The notes beneath the pieces were generated by a model. It was not told the DNA's origin. It worked only from the letters and a program-made list of their open reading frames with translations, and did not search any database. A program made the position numbers and the translations under genes. From contig DAIQOA010000003.1 of assembly GCA_036788095.1 (NCBI GenBank), positions 17 through 64,016 of the forward strand: a DNA stretch of 64,000 nt, given 5' to 3'. This stretch comes from a bacterium (GTDB lineage Bacteria; Zhuqueibacterota; Zhuqueibacteria; Residuimicrobiales; Residuimicrobiaceae). Positions 30,186 to 39,916 of the stretch are shown here, piece after piece (the stretch's first letter is position 1; every line of letters begins with the position of its first letter).

Positions 30186-32381
30186 TTAAAAGGCGGCGCT
30201 CCACCCGGCCCGCCATTCCCGGCCCGGCAGAGGCGCGTTTTCTAAAACCTGGTAGCGCACATCGGTGAGGTTCAAGCAGGAGAGCTTGAGATTATTCTGT
30301 CGGCCGAGCAGACGAAAGGCATAGTGCAGCGTTATCTCGTGCAAAGAAAAGCCGGGCAAACGCACGGTATTGGCTTCTGTGACAAAGCGCTCGCCGCTGC
30401 GCCGGAAATTGTAATTCACCTGCAGATCCCGCCATCCCCATTGCAGGCCTGCTTTGACGCTGTGTTCCGGTCGGTACGGCAATTGTTTGTGCCGCGTTGT
30501 TCGTTCCTCGCTGAGGTTCTCGCTGCGCAGATGGCTGTAGGAAACCTGCATCTCCAGGCGCCCGCGGTAGGGCTGCCAGCGCCATTCGATCTCTTCTCCA
30601 GAAAGACGGGCGTCGGTGTTCACCGGCGAAAAAGTGGCGAAAGAGCCCAGGCGCCAGATGATCAGGTCCTGCAGGTGATGGTGAAAACGATTGAAGCGGA
30701 ACAGGTTGTTGCGCCACAACCCTTCGATGGCCCATTCCAGATTCTCACTCCGCTCCGGACGCAGCCCGGCGTTGCCTCGCACCCGGTACTGCTGATAGAA
30801 CAGATCGGCAAAGGTGGGCAGACGGAATCCATGGCCCCAGTCCGCCTGCAGCCGCCAATCCAGCAGCAGCTGTTTGCGCAGACTCATGCCGAATGAAGGG
30901 CTGAGCGCCTGATCCAGGCGCTGATCCCGGTTGTGTTCGGTCTCTGCCGCATCGTAGCGCAGACCTGCCTGAGTTTCCAGCCGCGTATTCCAGCCAAGGC
31001 TGGTTTCGCAGCCATGGCGCACATAGACCCCGGCGTTGCGCACGTCGGCAAGGCCGACCGCTGTCAGGGACGGGTACAAGCGATCGCGATCGGAAAAGCG
31101 GGTCGCTCCTGCTTCAGCCCCCAACTCGATCTGATGGTCTGGAGTGATCTGGTGCAAAAGATCGCTCTGCAGACGGCCTGCTGTCACTTTGTTTTCGTTC
31201 CAGTAGCGCGGTGTTGACCGATAACGCACCGGCACATTCTCATAGATATTTTTAAAAGAGGAAAAATCTTGATTGAAAGAGGCGCGCACGTTTAATGTAC
31301 GCCGGCGCTGTTTTTTTTCGAAGGAAAGCACGGCCAGGCTGCGCCGGATGGCACTGCGTGCGTAGGGCGTCCAGCTGTAGACAGCGCCGGGCAACCCGCG
31401 ATGGCCGAACAGATGCTGAGCGGAAAAAGACCAGCGCGATCCGTCTTTCTCCAGGCTCCATCGGCCGAACAGCTGTCGCTGCAACTCATCCGCGTTCAAG
31501 CGCCTCTCAGTAAAGTGCCGGCCGGCGAGGTCATACTCGTAGCGGTAATCGTTACGGCTGCGATGCTGTTCGACGGTCAGCAGGAAATCGCCATAGCCGC
31601 TTTTCCGCATCAGTGTGGCCGCCGCATCGGCCGTGGCAAAGGAGGCTGCACGCAGTTCCGCGGACAACTGATTTTCCCGCGCCTGCCGGGTGATGATCTG
31701 CACCACTCCGGCCAGGGCGTTGGCGCCGAAGCGGCTGGATTGCGGGCCTTTATAGACCTTGATCTGTTCAATGGCAGCCAGCGGCAGGGAAGAAAGATCG
31801 ATGTCGCCGGAGAGTCCGTTCTGCAGGCGAACGCCGTCCACCAGCACCAGCACCTGCCCGGCCTGACTGCCGCGAATGGAGACCGACTTGGCGGCGCCGT
31901 TTTCCTGAATCTCCACTCCGCAGGTCGCAGCCAGCAGCTCAGCCACATCCTCGGCCTGGCTTTGCCGGATCCGGCCCTGGTCGATGACGAAGTCCGCGCC
32001 CTGAGACGGTTCGTCGACGTCGGCGTGGATCTCCAGGCCGGGCAGTTCGATAAGCACCGGCTGCAGTTCGATCACCAGCTGCTGAGGCTGATCATGGCTG
32101 ACCAGAACGTTGCGCAGTTGCTGCGACCGATACCCCAGCAGACTCGCCTCCACCGCATACTCGCCTGCCAGCAGATTGTGCAAAACGAACCGGCCGTTGC
32201 GATCGGTCACAGCGCCCACGGCTGTGCCCGGCACGGTCACGTTGACGCCGAACAGAGCGTGGCGATCGGACCCGTCCAGGACCTTGCCTTCGATCTTGAC
32301 GTCTGATTGCGCCGCTAGATCCTGAAGACCGGCCGTGGCTAGCAGTAAAAGCGCCAGAATTTTTTTACTGAAACGATTCAT
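30186..32381 (-). CDS. btuB: TonB-dependent receptor with N-terminal CarboxypepD_reg domain; cobalamin-riboswitch controlled (BtuB-like)
   Basis: 731 aa; signal peptide, CarboxypepD_reg-like beta-sandwich, plug and 22-strand barrel pattern; cobalamin riboswitch in its leader. A corrinoid substrate is inferred from the riboswitch only. Confidence 0.75.
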   Translation of the reverse strand: MNRFSKKILALLLLATAGLQDLAAQSDVKIEGKVLDGSDRHALFGVNVTVPGTAVGAVTDRNGRFVLHNLLAGEYAVEASLLGYRSQQLRNVLVSHDQPQQLVIELQPVLIELPGLEIHADVDEPSQGADFVIDQGRIRQSQAEDVAELLAATCGVEIQENGAAKSVSIRGSQAGQVLVLVDGVRLQNGLSGDIDLSSLPLAAIEQIKVYKGPQSSRFGANALAGVVQIITRQARENQLSAELRAASFATADAAATLMRKSGYGDFLLTVEQHRSRNDYRYEYDLAGRHFTERRLNADELQRQLFGRWSLEKDGSRWSFSAQHLFGHRGLPGAVYSWTPYARSAIRRSLAVLSFEKKQRRRTLNVRASFNQDFSSFKNIYENVPVRYRSTPRYWNENKVTAGRLQSDLLHQITPDHQIELGAEAGATRFSDRDRLYPSLTAVGLADVRNAGVYVRHGCETSLGWNTRLETQAGLRYDAAETEHNRDQRLDQALSPSFGMSLRKQLLLDWRLQADWGHGFRLPTFADLFYQQYRVRGNAGLRPERSENLEWAIEGLWRNNLFRFNRFHHHLQDLIIWRLGSFATFSPVNTDARLSGEEIEWRWQPYRGRLEMQVSYSHLRSENLSEERTTRHKQLPYRPEHSVKAGLQWGWRDLQVNYNFRRSGERFVTEANTVRLPGFSLHEITLHYAFRLLGRQNNLKLSCLNLTDVRYQVLENAPLPGREWRAGWSAAF

Positions 32382-32447
32382 AGGTCGAACTTGTCATCGA
32401 TGAGGAGATCTGGAGAAAGGAAGGAATGAGCGTTTGCAGGAGGTTAA

Positions 32448-32695
32448 AAAAAAGCCCCAGTCTTGCAACATGGGGCGTCGTTATCTTTAGGTACCAGCAC
32501 CTCACCCGCGAAGGCTAATCCAAACACTCTCTGGCAGGTCTCCTGGCTTTGAACATCAATCCTACCGGTCGCGCCTTCCCGGTTTCCCAGTGGCTTTTGC
32601 GTTGCGACTTTCGTAGTTCATTACAGTAGCGGGGCTGCGACGGACTTGCACCGTCTTCCCTTTTCATCCATTTGGAACCAAAGCATGCGTTTCAA
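32448..32695 (-). ncRNA. cobalamin (AdoCbl-type) riboswitch with intrinsic-terminator expression platform
   Basis: Minus-sense GGGAAGACGGTGCAAGTCCGTCGCAGCCCCGCTACTGTAA...AAAAGCCACTGGGAAACCGGGAAGG (B12 box GCCACTG)...AAGCCAGGAGACCTGCC, then GCCCCAtgttgcaagacTGGGGC plus U8 terminator about 35 nt before the btuB-like ATG. Confidence 0.85.
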
Positions 32696-32702
32696 AGAGC
32701 GA

Positions 32703-32735
32703 ACCAATATAAAGAGAAAATATTCGAAATGCAAC
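32703..32735 (-). promoter_or_regulatory. putative sigma70-type promoter for the riboswitch and btuB-like transcript
   Basis: Minus-sense TTGCAT-17 nt-TATATT lying between the upstream receptor stop and the riboswitch. Confidence 0.35.
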
Positions 32736-32749
32736 AGCTATTGTGCCGG

Positions 32750-34531
32750 TCAATCAAAAAAATCCCAGACAAATCCCCAGCGCAGTTGCTGTTTCGGCAT
32801 CGCATAGCCGGGCAGCAGCTGATAGTCGATGCCGGCAAAATTTTGCAGCAAAAAGAACAGGCGCACGCTTTTGATTTTCACTCCCACATGGGCATAGGGA
32901 ACGACAACCGGCGACAGCGCAGTGGACGGCAAGCGCGTACCGGGCAGCAGGCAGTTCTCGCCCCGTTCTCCCCAGCCGTTGAGTCCGATGCGCAAACGTA
33001 CATCCAGATCGCCGGCGAAAAAAACATTCGCGTATTGCACACAGCCCCAGGCCTGCTGCGCCGGTTGCGGCAGCGGCTCCTCCTCACCCTTGCGGATTTG
33101 CCTCAAGTCGGCATAAAGAGAAAAACAGCGGTTCAATTTCTGTTCCACGCCGATGTCCACCGCCCAGCGGTTCGCGTCCAGCGCAAATGCCGCTGTTTGG
33201 GATTGCAGGCTGGAGAGCGTCATGCGATCGCTGCTGTAAGAAACACAGATAAAATAGCGGACTGCGTCGCCCTTTTTTTCCAGCGCCCCTGCCCATAGAT
33301 CGCTGCGTTCCTGCTGAAAAGCCCGGTCGCCGGCCACATAGCTCTCCATGCCGTAGCCGCCGCTCAGTCCCGCCGAAGCGATATGGCTGCCGTACCACAG
33401 CCGCGAATTCCATCCGCGCGCCAGGGTTCTGGCCAACTGGACCTGCGGCAATAGGGCGATCTTTTCATCTCCAAAGCGCAGCACTTTAATGCCGGCCTGC
33501 CAGAACCAGGATGCGCCGGCCGGCGATCCTATTTGCGTCCAGGCTTCCAGATCATTGCGCCGGCCATCGCTGCGACCGGTGATCTCCATCCGGCTGTGCT
33601 GCCACAGCCCGCCGCTGTTCCACTGCACCGGGCCGAACCGTTGGCCATATTGCATCAACAACCGCGACCGGCCGGCGTTCTGAATCTGCTGAGCCGCCGG
33701 GGATGGTCGATGATAAAATTCACGATAGAGATCGGTGTACTGCCACAACACAGTGACGCGATGGGCCTGCAGGCCGAGGCCATGGTCATAGCGATCAAGC
33801 TTTTCATGCAAAAAAGGAACCTGGGGCGCGGATGCCGACCACGGCTCATCGCGGTCCATTTTGTTGAGCAGCAACAGATAGCGCAGCCGCCACTGCGGAC
33901 CGAACCGCCGTTCGACGCTCAGATTGACTTTTTGCGCGCGATACTTTTCATCCGCCGCAGTGCCGCCGTAATTTTTCAACACGGCACCGGCCGTGAGCGC
34001 GCTGTGCGCCGTTGGTTTCAGCCCCAGCCGCACGTCAACATCATCATAGCCGTTGCCGCCGGTGCGATAGGCGGTTGCGGAGCGCAGACCGCTGCCGGCG
34101 AGATCACGGCCGGCCACATACAGAGAATGACCGGGCGAAATCAGCCCAGCAGTTTCACCGCCGGGTCCGGCCCAGGCGTCGATCCGTTCGATCCCCTCCA
34201 CCGGCGCCAGGTTCCAATCGACGATGCCACTGACCGGGTCATTCAACAGCAGGCCGTCCCAGGTCGCATCCAAATGGCGAAAAGAGCCGGAGAACAGAGA
34301 GGCGGCCGCGAGTTGGCCCACGCTGCCGCGATCAAAGATGAAAACGCCGGGAACCTGTGCCAGCAGATCCGCCGCACTGCCATAGCCGGAGCGCTGAATA
34401 GCCGTCGAATCGATCATCCGCAGCACCGGCCAGACCAATGTATCGGCTTTCGTTTCAGGATCAGCCGGCGCCAGCCTTGCAGACGCCGCAGCGGCCGTCA
34501 GGCAGACGATCAGAATCAGAGTGTGTTTCAT
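32750..34531 (-). CDS. TonB-dependent receptor (plug plus beta-barrel), BtuB-sized
   Basis: 593 aa; signal peptide, plug-like N-domain (DTLVWPV...), barrel-like alternating pattern; upstream of the riboswitch. Confidence 0.65.
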   Translation of the reverse strand: MKHTLILIVCLTAAAASARLAPADPETKADTLVWPVLRMIDSTAIQRSGYGSAADLLAQVPGVFIFDRGSVGQLAAASLFSGSFRHLDATWDGLLLNDPVSGIVDWNLAPVEGIERIDAWAGPGGETAGLISPGHSLYVAGRDLAGSGLRSATAYRTGGNGYDDVDVRLGLKPTAHSALTAGAVLKNYGGTAADEKYRAQKVNLSVERRFGPQWRLRYLLLLNKMDRDEPWSASAPQVPFLHEKLDRYDHGLGLQAHRVTVLWQYTDLYREFYHRPSPAAQQIQNAGRSRLLMQYGQRFGPVQWNSGGLWQHSRMEITGRSDGRRNDLEAWTQIGSPAGASWFWQAGIKVLRFGDEKIALLPQVQLARTLARGWNSRLWYGSHIASAGLSGGYGMESYVAGDRAFQQERSDLWAGALEKKGDAVRYFICVSYSSDRMTLSSLQSQTAAFALDANRWAVDIGVEQKLNRCFSLYADLRQIRKGEEEPLPQPAQQAWGCVQYANVFFAGDLDVRLRIGLNGWGERGENCLLPGTRLPSTALSPVVVPYAHVGVKIKSVRLFFLLQNFAGIDYQLLPGYAMPKQQLRWGFVWDFFD

Positions 34532-35073
34532 AGCAACCGTTTCAGTCTTTTAAGCAACACAGGAACCAGGACGGCAAAACTAACGGTATTGACCAGCAGA
34601 TGAACCAGATAAAAGACCATGCCGGACATAAAAGTCATCGCCATTTTCCGGCTGTCGCCGCCGGCGATGAACACCGCGAAACTGAGGGTGGTCAGCGTGT
34701 CGAACACCAGGGTGCAGAAAAAGCCCATCAAGCCAAACCAGGCCATGCGCACCGCAGTCGGCAGGTCCAGCCAATGGGTGCGCCCCACCATACCGCCGGC
34801 CCAACCGACCACCGCCATGGAGAGAACCTGGGCGATGAGCAAGGGCAAAGAGGGCGCGCCGAACGGATTGAACATGGAAAAAAGAAATTCAGCGGTCAGG
34901 CCGATGAGCAGGCCGTAGGACGGGCCCACCAAAAAGCCTGAAATAAATATGGAAGCGGTGATGAATTCAAAATTGGGCAAAAGCAGGAACAGGTAGCCGA
35001 TCGCGATCGATGCCGCCGTCAGCAGGGCGCACTGAATGATTTTATGGTGCCGTGGTCGTTCCGCTGTCAGCAT
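34528..35073 (-). CDS. small polytopic membrane protein, possible ECF-type S-component / BtuM-like
   Basis: 181 aa, 5-6 predicted TM helices; stop overlaps the downstream receptor start (ATGA), implying translational coupling. Family assignment is inference from size, topology and B12 context. Confidence 0.4.
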   Translation of the reverse strand: MLTAERPRHHKIIQCALLTAASIAIGYLFLLLPNFEFITASIFISGFLVGPSYGLLIGLTAEFLFSMFNPFGAPSLPLLIAQVLSMAVVGWAGGMVGRTHWLDLPTAVRMAWFGLMGFFCTLVFDTLTTLSFAVFIAGGDSRKMAMTFMSGMVFYLVHLLVNTVSFAVLVPVLLKRLKRLL

Positions 35074-35219
35074 GGCTCTTCCGGCGCTTGGATCGTTTTA
35101 TGGTTCACTCCGCCAATTTACTAAAATATCCCCGTATTGGCAAAAGCTAAAAAATGGCTTGCAAATCGTGAAACTTATGATTACAATAAGGTGTACTTTA
35201 TTACACTAAAGGGACTACC

Positions 35220-35471
35220 ATGCAGTTCGAACAGATCAACGAAATCGTCCAGGTGCTCAGCCATTATGACGGCAGCAAAACGCGTCCGCTGCGTTTTCAT
35301 TGGCGCAACCGGACCTATCATGTGGCGCAGGTGCATGGCGTCTGGCATGAGGTGCAGGGCAGGGACCGGGTGTTCCATTTTCATGTGTCCACGCGGGAGT
35401 CCGGTTCCTTTGAACTGATCTATAACCATGCCGCCATGAGCTGGCGCATCGGCCGGGTAACCGTGGGCTGA
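35220..35471 (+). CDS. hypothetical small His/Trp-rich protein
   Basis: 83-aa ORF with AAGGGA RBS 7 nt upstream; divergent from the btuM-like operon; no family recognised. Confidence 0.4.
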   Translation: MQFEQINEIVQVLSHYDGSKTRPLRFHWRNRTYHVAQVHGVWHEVQGRDRVFHFHVSTRESGSFELIYNHAAMSWRIGRVTVG

Positions 35472-35477
35472 CCGCTG

Positions 35478-35918
35478 TCAGGGATATTTTTTCATCTCAT
35501 CCTCGATGGCCTCGCGAAGCGATTCCGCCTCGTTGCTGCCGATGAGGAATTTTTTGCCGGATTTATAGGTGATCTCCACCGCCTCTGAGCCGGCGATGTT
35601 GTACATCCAGCCAGCCGGCGTGAGCCGGATGCCCCAGCCATAATACCACGGCACTCTGACCACGCGGCAGCCGGCGATTTCCCGCACTCGAATGGTTTTG
35701 CTGAAAACCCCCTGGCCGAAAGAGCAGACGATCACGCCGCGTTCCACCACCACCGTCAATTTGTAAAACATCACCAGCGCCATGATGAGAAGGAGCAGCG
35801 CCAAATAGTGGCCCAGGCCGATGGTTTCCAGCGTGGTGGAGGCCAGGGTGGCGATGATCCCGATCACCAACAGGGCGATGATCAGGTAGCCCGTTTGCGA
35901 ATTGCGGTAGGCGATCAT
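35478..35918 (-). CDS. membrane protein with bacterial PH-like (YdbT-type) domain
   Basis: Two N-terminal TM helices then a soluble domain; bPH_2-like arrangement. Confidence 0.45.
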   Translation of the reverse strand: MIAYRNSQTGYLIIALLVIGIIATLASTTLETIGLGHYLALLLLIMALVMFYKLTVVVERGVIVCSFGQGVFSKTIRVREIAGCRVVRVPWYYGWGIRLTPAGWMYNIAGSEAVEITYKSGKKFLIGSNEAESLREAIEDEMKKYP

Positions 35919-36001
35919 CTCGATCTCCTTTCAACGGTTCAGGAAAAAACAGGGGACGCAGCGGCCCTGGTCCTTTGTTCTGAGCCTTTTTGAAAAAACA
36001 C

Positions 36002-37612
36002 CTACTCGTGGGCCATACCGGTGACCGGCTCTTTGCTCTCACGAGTATAGGAGAGGCAGAAAAAGAGCGCCGCCAGACAGAGATAGGCCAGAGTGAACTG
36101 GTACGGCACTTGCTGGGCGATGCCGCTCAGCTTCCACGGCAGATACATGGAGCCGTCGGGCATGGCGGAATGGATGATACCGAAAAAGGAAAAGAACGCC
36201 AGCACCACCAGATAGAGCGCGGAGATTTTCAGCCGTCGATCCACCAGCTCGGCGAGAAAGGCGGCCCAGAGCATGGCGGTAACGATAAAACCGTTGCCCA
36301 GGGCGATGATGACCTGCAGTTCCGGCAGTGCCTTGCCGGGCGCGGTCATGAGCTCGTGAAATTTTTCCGCTGGAATGGGCTCCGGCGAACCCATCTTGAT
36401 CGCCAGCAGCCGGGCCACGGTGGGAAAAAACGCAAAGGCCACGGCCGGGGCGTGGCGTTTGGGCACGGCGACAAACGCCTGCATGATGATATCAAAGGCG
36501 ACGAAGACCAGAATCGGCGCCAGCACGGCGCGCGGAATCAATTCGATAATGAACGAGACATAGCCGAGCATGCCGCCCAGGCCGACAAAGATGCCGGTGA
36601 GCAGGGTATAACCGGCGCGGGACCCCATATTTTTGTAAGCCGGCTGTCCGATGTAAGGAGTGGACTGGGCGACACCGCCGCACAGACCGGCCGCCAGGGT
36701 GGCCAGGGCTTCGGTCAACAGAATATCGCGGGTGTTGTAATCATCGCCGGCCACGCGTGCGCTCTCGGTGACGTTGATGCCGCCCACCACGGTAAGGATG
36801 CCGAAGGGGATGGCCAGGGGAAGATACTTGACCGCGGCGGATAATCCTTTCATGAAATCCAGCGTCGGCAATGGCAGACCGAAATGCAGATCCAGGGGCG
36901 GTGGACCGCCATAGGTCCCTCCCACCAATCCCAGCGGTCCGATCAGATAATAGAGCCCGGCGCCGATGACCACAGAGGCCAGCACACCGGGGATTTTTCC
37001 CGGCAAGCGAATGCCGGCCACCAGGGTGTAGAAAATCATGCCCAGAGCGATCACGCCGACCAGCGGCATGCCAAAGATGTCGATCAGCGGCGTCATGCCG
37101 ATCAACCCTAATCCGATGCCTGCCAGCGAGCCCAGCAATCCGGCCTGCGGCACTATCTTTTGCACCCAGCGGCCGAAAAACGAAAAGACCAGTTTGACTG
37201 CGCCCATGAACATCATGGTGGCCATGCCGATATACCAGGTCATCATCGCCGCATCGTGTTCCGAATAGCCCTCGGCTTTCAGTCCCATGAACGCCGGACC
37301 GAGCACCACCAGCGCCAATCCGATGGTGGAGGGGGTATCCAGTCCCAGCGGCATGGCGGTGACCCGTGTGTTACCGGTTTTCCTGGCCAGGCGAAAGGCC
37401 ATCCAGGTATAAACCAGATCGCCGAACAGCACGCCAAAGGCGGTGCCCGGAATCATACGCGTGTAAACGATGTCCGCCGGATATTTAAAGACAAAGATCA
37501 GAATGCCCGCGAGAAACGAGAGCACGGTGAGGTTGTCGAACATGAGACCGAAAAAACCATTAAGGTCGCCGGCCACAAACCAACGGTATTTCGTTGAAGC
37601 CGATTTGGACAT
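36002..37612 (-). CDS. NCS2-family nucleobase permease (AzgA / xanthine-uracil permease-like)
   Basis: 536 aa, about 12-14 TM helices, Gly-rich transporter repeats; adjacent to nupC. Confidence 0.6.
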   Translation of the reverse strand: MSKSASTKYRWFVAGDLNGFFGLMFDNLTVLSFLAGILIFVFKYPADIVYTRMIPGTAFGVLFGDLVYTWMAFRLARKTGNTRVTAMPLGLDTPSTIGLALVVLGPAFMGLKAEGYSEHDAAMMTWYIGMATMMFMGAVKLVFSFFGRWVQKIVPQAGLLGSLAGIGLGLIGMTPLIDIFGMPLVGVIALGMIFYTLVAGIRLPGKIPGVLASVVIGAGLYYLIGPLGLVGGTYGGPPPLDLHFGLPLPTLDFMKGLSAAVKYLPLAIPFGILTVVGGINVTESARVAGDDYNTRDILLTEALATLAAGLCGGVAQSTPYIGQPAYKNMGSRAGYTLLTGIFVGLGGMLGYVSFIIELIPRAVLAPILVFVAFDIIMQAFVAVPKRHAPAVAFAFFPTVARLLAIKMGSPEPIPAEKFHELMTAPGKALPELQVIIALGNGFIVTAMLWAAFLAELVDRRLKISALYLVVLAFFSFFGIIHSAMPDGSMYLPWKLSGIAQQVPYQFTLAYLCLAALFFCLSYTRESKEPVTGMAHE

Positions 37613-37640
37613 GGATCCTCCGTATCTATAGAGTCCGTCA

Positions 37641-38960
37641 TCAATAGGTCAGCAATCCGGCGATGGCCGCGGTCATCCAGGTGGCGATGGTGCCGCCGAG
37701 GACCGCTTTCAGGCCCAGCCGGGCGATATCGCTGCGCCGGTTCTCCGCCAGCGGCGAGAGTCCGCCGATTTGAATAGCGATGGATGAAAAATTAGCAAAG
37801 CCGCACAGACTGTAGGTGGCGATGACAATGGACTTGGTGGACAGCATGCCGGCGCCCACCGCGTCCGCCATTTTGAGGTAAGCGACAAATTCATTGACCG
37901 CCAGTTTGATGCCCATGAGGCTGCCGACCTCCAGCGCCTCTTTCCACGGCACGCCGATGATAAAAGCGATAAACTGAAAGACCAGGCCGAAGAGCAGTTC
38001 GAGGTTGAGCGGCTTGTTAAAGTGGTTCATCAGGATGCCGTTCAATCCGGTCAGGTTGCCGATAAAACCCAGCAGCGCGTTGATCAGCGCAATGAGGGCG
38101 ATGAAGGCGATGAGCATGCCGCCGACGTTGAGCGCCAGGCGCACGCCATCGCCGGCGCCGCCCGCGGCCGCTTCGATGACGCTAGCGTGGCTCTTTTCGA
38201 CCTTGAGGCGGACAGTGCCCATGGTCATGGGCTCGCCGGTCTCCGGCATCAGCATCTTGGCCACCACCAGAGTGGCGGGAAAAGCCATGATGGAAGCGGC
38301 CAGCAGATGGCCGGCGAAAAACACCTGCGACGTTTCAAAGGCAATGCCCTGCGACTTGGCCAGGGCCAACCCCAGCATCTGCATATAGGCGGCGAGCACG
38401 CCGCCGGAGATATGGGCCATGCCGCTGGCCATGATGGTGTAAAGCTCAGATTCGGTCAGGGTGGAGAGATAGGGTCTGATCACCAGAGGGGCTTCAGTCT
38501 GGCCCATAAACGTGTTGGCCGCCACATCCAGAGTCTCCGCCCCGCTGGTGCGCATCAGCCGCTGCATCACCCAGGCCATGCCTTGAACGATCTTTTGCAT
38601 GATGCCGAGGTGATAGAGCACAGCCATCAGGGAGGCGAAAAAGATGATGGTGGGCAGCACCTGAAAGGCAAAGATCACCCCCAGGCTGTTCTCGCCGCTG
38701 CTTTTGGCCAGCGGCCCAAAGACGAACTGGGCGCCATCGCCGGCAAAATTGAACAGAAGAACGAAAAGCCGGGAGATCCAGTCAAAGACCTCACGGCCGA
38801 GGTCGGTTTTAATCACCAGGAAGGCAAAGCCGAATTGCAGCAGGATGCCGGTCAGCACCAGTTTCCAGTTGATCGCCCGCCGGTTGGTGGAAAAGAGAAA
38901 GGCGAGAAAGGTGACGAACCCCAGGCCGATAAGACCGTGAAAGAGCGAAAGGATGTGCAT
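37641..38960 (-). CDS. nupC: NupC/CNT-family concentrative nucleoside transporter
   Basis: 439 aa; N-terminal NupC domain, central Gate_2 and C-terminal CNT domain pattern. Confidence 0.8.
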   Translation of the reverse strand: MHILSLFHGLIGLGFVTFLAFLFSTNRRAINWKLVLTGILLQFGFAFLVIKTDLGREVFDWISRLFVLLFNFAGDGAQFVFGPLAKSSGENSLGVIFAFQVLPTIIFFASLMAVLYHLGIMQKIVQGMAWVMQRLMRTSGAETLDVAANTFMGQTEAPLVIRPYLSTLTESELYTIMASGMAHISGGVLAAYMQMLGLALAKSQGIAFETSQVFFAGHLLAASIMAFPATLVVAKMLMPETGEPMTMGTVRLKVEKSHASVIEAAAGGAGDGVRLALNVGGMLIAFIALIALINALLGFIGNLTGLNGILMNHFNKPLNLELLFGLVFQFIAFIIGVPWKEALEVGSLMGIKLAVNEFVAYLKMADAVGAGMLSTKSIVIATYSLCGFANFSSIAIQIGGLSPLAENRRSDIARLGLKAVLGGTIATWMTAAIAGLLTY

Positions 38961-39319
38961 AGCGTCCCTTTGTTATGGTTGGGGAATGATTGGCGGGAAA
39001 ATATAGCAAAGATTTGGCAAGGATGCAAAAGATTCGTGCGGAGAAGGGCATTGACGGTCCGCTCAACTGGTCTTTCTGATTGCCCAACGCCCCTGAGGCG
39101 CTATTCACTAAATGTTCTAAAAATGACTGTCATTGCGAGTAAGCAGAGCCATAAAGGCTCCCTCTCTTATTAAACCATGTTGGAGCGAGTAATCTCCTGC
39201 GTTTTCATGATCGCCCGGCGAATCTTTCCCCGACGGGACCATCGGTCGGGCATGCTTGCCCGGTCAGCACCAGGTTGTCAGAGCAAAAAAAGATCGTCGG
39301 CAAGAGCATAAATAATATA

Positions 39320-39640
39320 TTACGAAGCGTAATCAGAAGGGAATTCGATATCCTTCAGACTTTTTAATATTTTGTCAGCATCTCTCTTTGATACAACACG
39401 CAATATAAATGCAATATTTTGATCGATACCGTAGAAAACTCTAAAAGAATCTGAACCGCCGTCAACTCTTAATCTATAGCAGGGAAATTTACTGCCTTGA
39501 ATACGCTTGATCTTTTTCTTATGCGGAAACGGGGCCTCTTCGAGTTCGATGGTTTCATGAATGATATTCTTCGCCGAATCAATAGGCAGTGATTTTAAAT
39601 CTCGAATTGCTCTTTTTGTATATTCAACGTGAAATTTCAT
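39320..39640 (-). CDS. RelE/ParE-family type II toxin
   Basis: 106 aa, basic, RelE-like C-terminus; immediately downstream of the antitoxin in a low-GC patch. Confidence 0.7.
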   Translation of the reverse strand: MKFHVEYTKRAIRDLKSLPIDSAKNIIHETIELEEAPFPHKKKIKRIQGSKFPCYRLRVDGGSDSFRVFYGIDQNIAFILRVVSKRDADKILKSLKDIEFPSDYAS

Positions 39641-39644
39641 CTAG

Positions 39645-39905
39645 TTAGTCACTATCGATCTTTTTTAGCAATTCTCGCGCGCTGATGGTTTGACCTGATC
39701 CATATTCTTTTTTAGCGGCAGTGAATTGTTCTTCAAGACCAAAATGTTTGGCCAAGACATAGTCTTCCAGTTCATTGCCGCTCATTCTAGAGATAATGGC
39801 ATAGGGCAAACCGTTTCTAGTGACGATTACATCACCCTCTTCATTTGCATCTTTGAGATATTTCGAAGGTGATTTGCTTAGCTCCCGGATATTGATAAAT
39901 TTCAT
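39645..39905 (-). CDS. Phd/YefM-family antitoxin
   Basis: 87 aa from MKFINIRELSKSPSKYLKDANEEGDVIVTRNGLPYAIIS, the Phd/YefM N-terminal fold; upstream extension in ORF table rejected. Confidence 0.7.
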   Translation of the reverse strand: MKFINIRELSKSPSKYLKDANEEGDVIVTRNGLPYAIISRMSGNELEDYVLAKHFGLEEQFTAAKKEYGSGQTISARELLKKIDSD

Positions 39906-39916
39906 CGCAACTCCCG

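Noticed and set aside
35074-35219. Possible second cobalamin riboswitch upstream of the btuM-like gene
   Set aside because: The region is only 146 nt and AT-rich, and the reverse complement shows no B12 box (GCCACTG), GGTGnAAnTCC or CCTGCC elements. It looks like a plain divergent promoter region.
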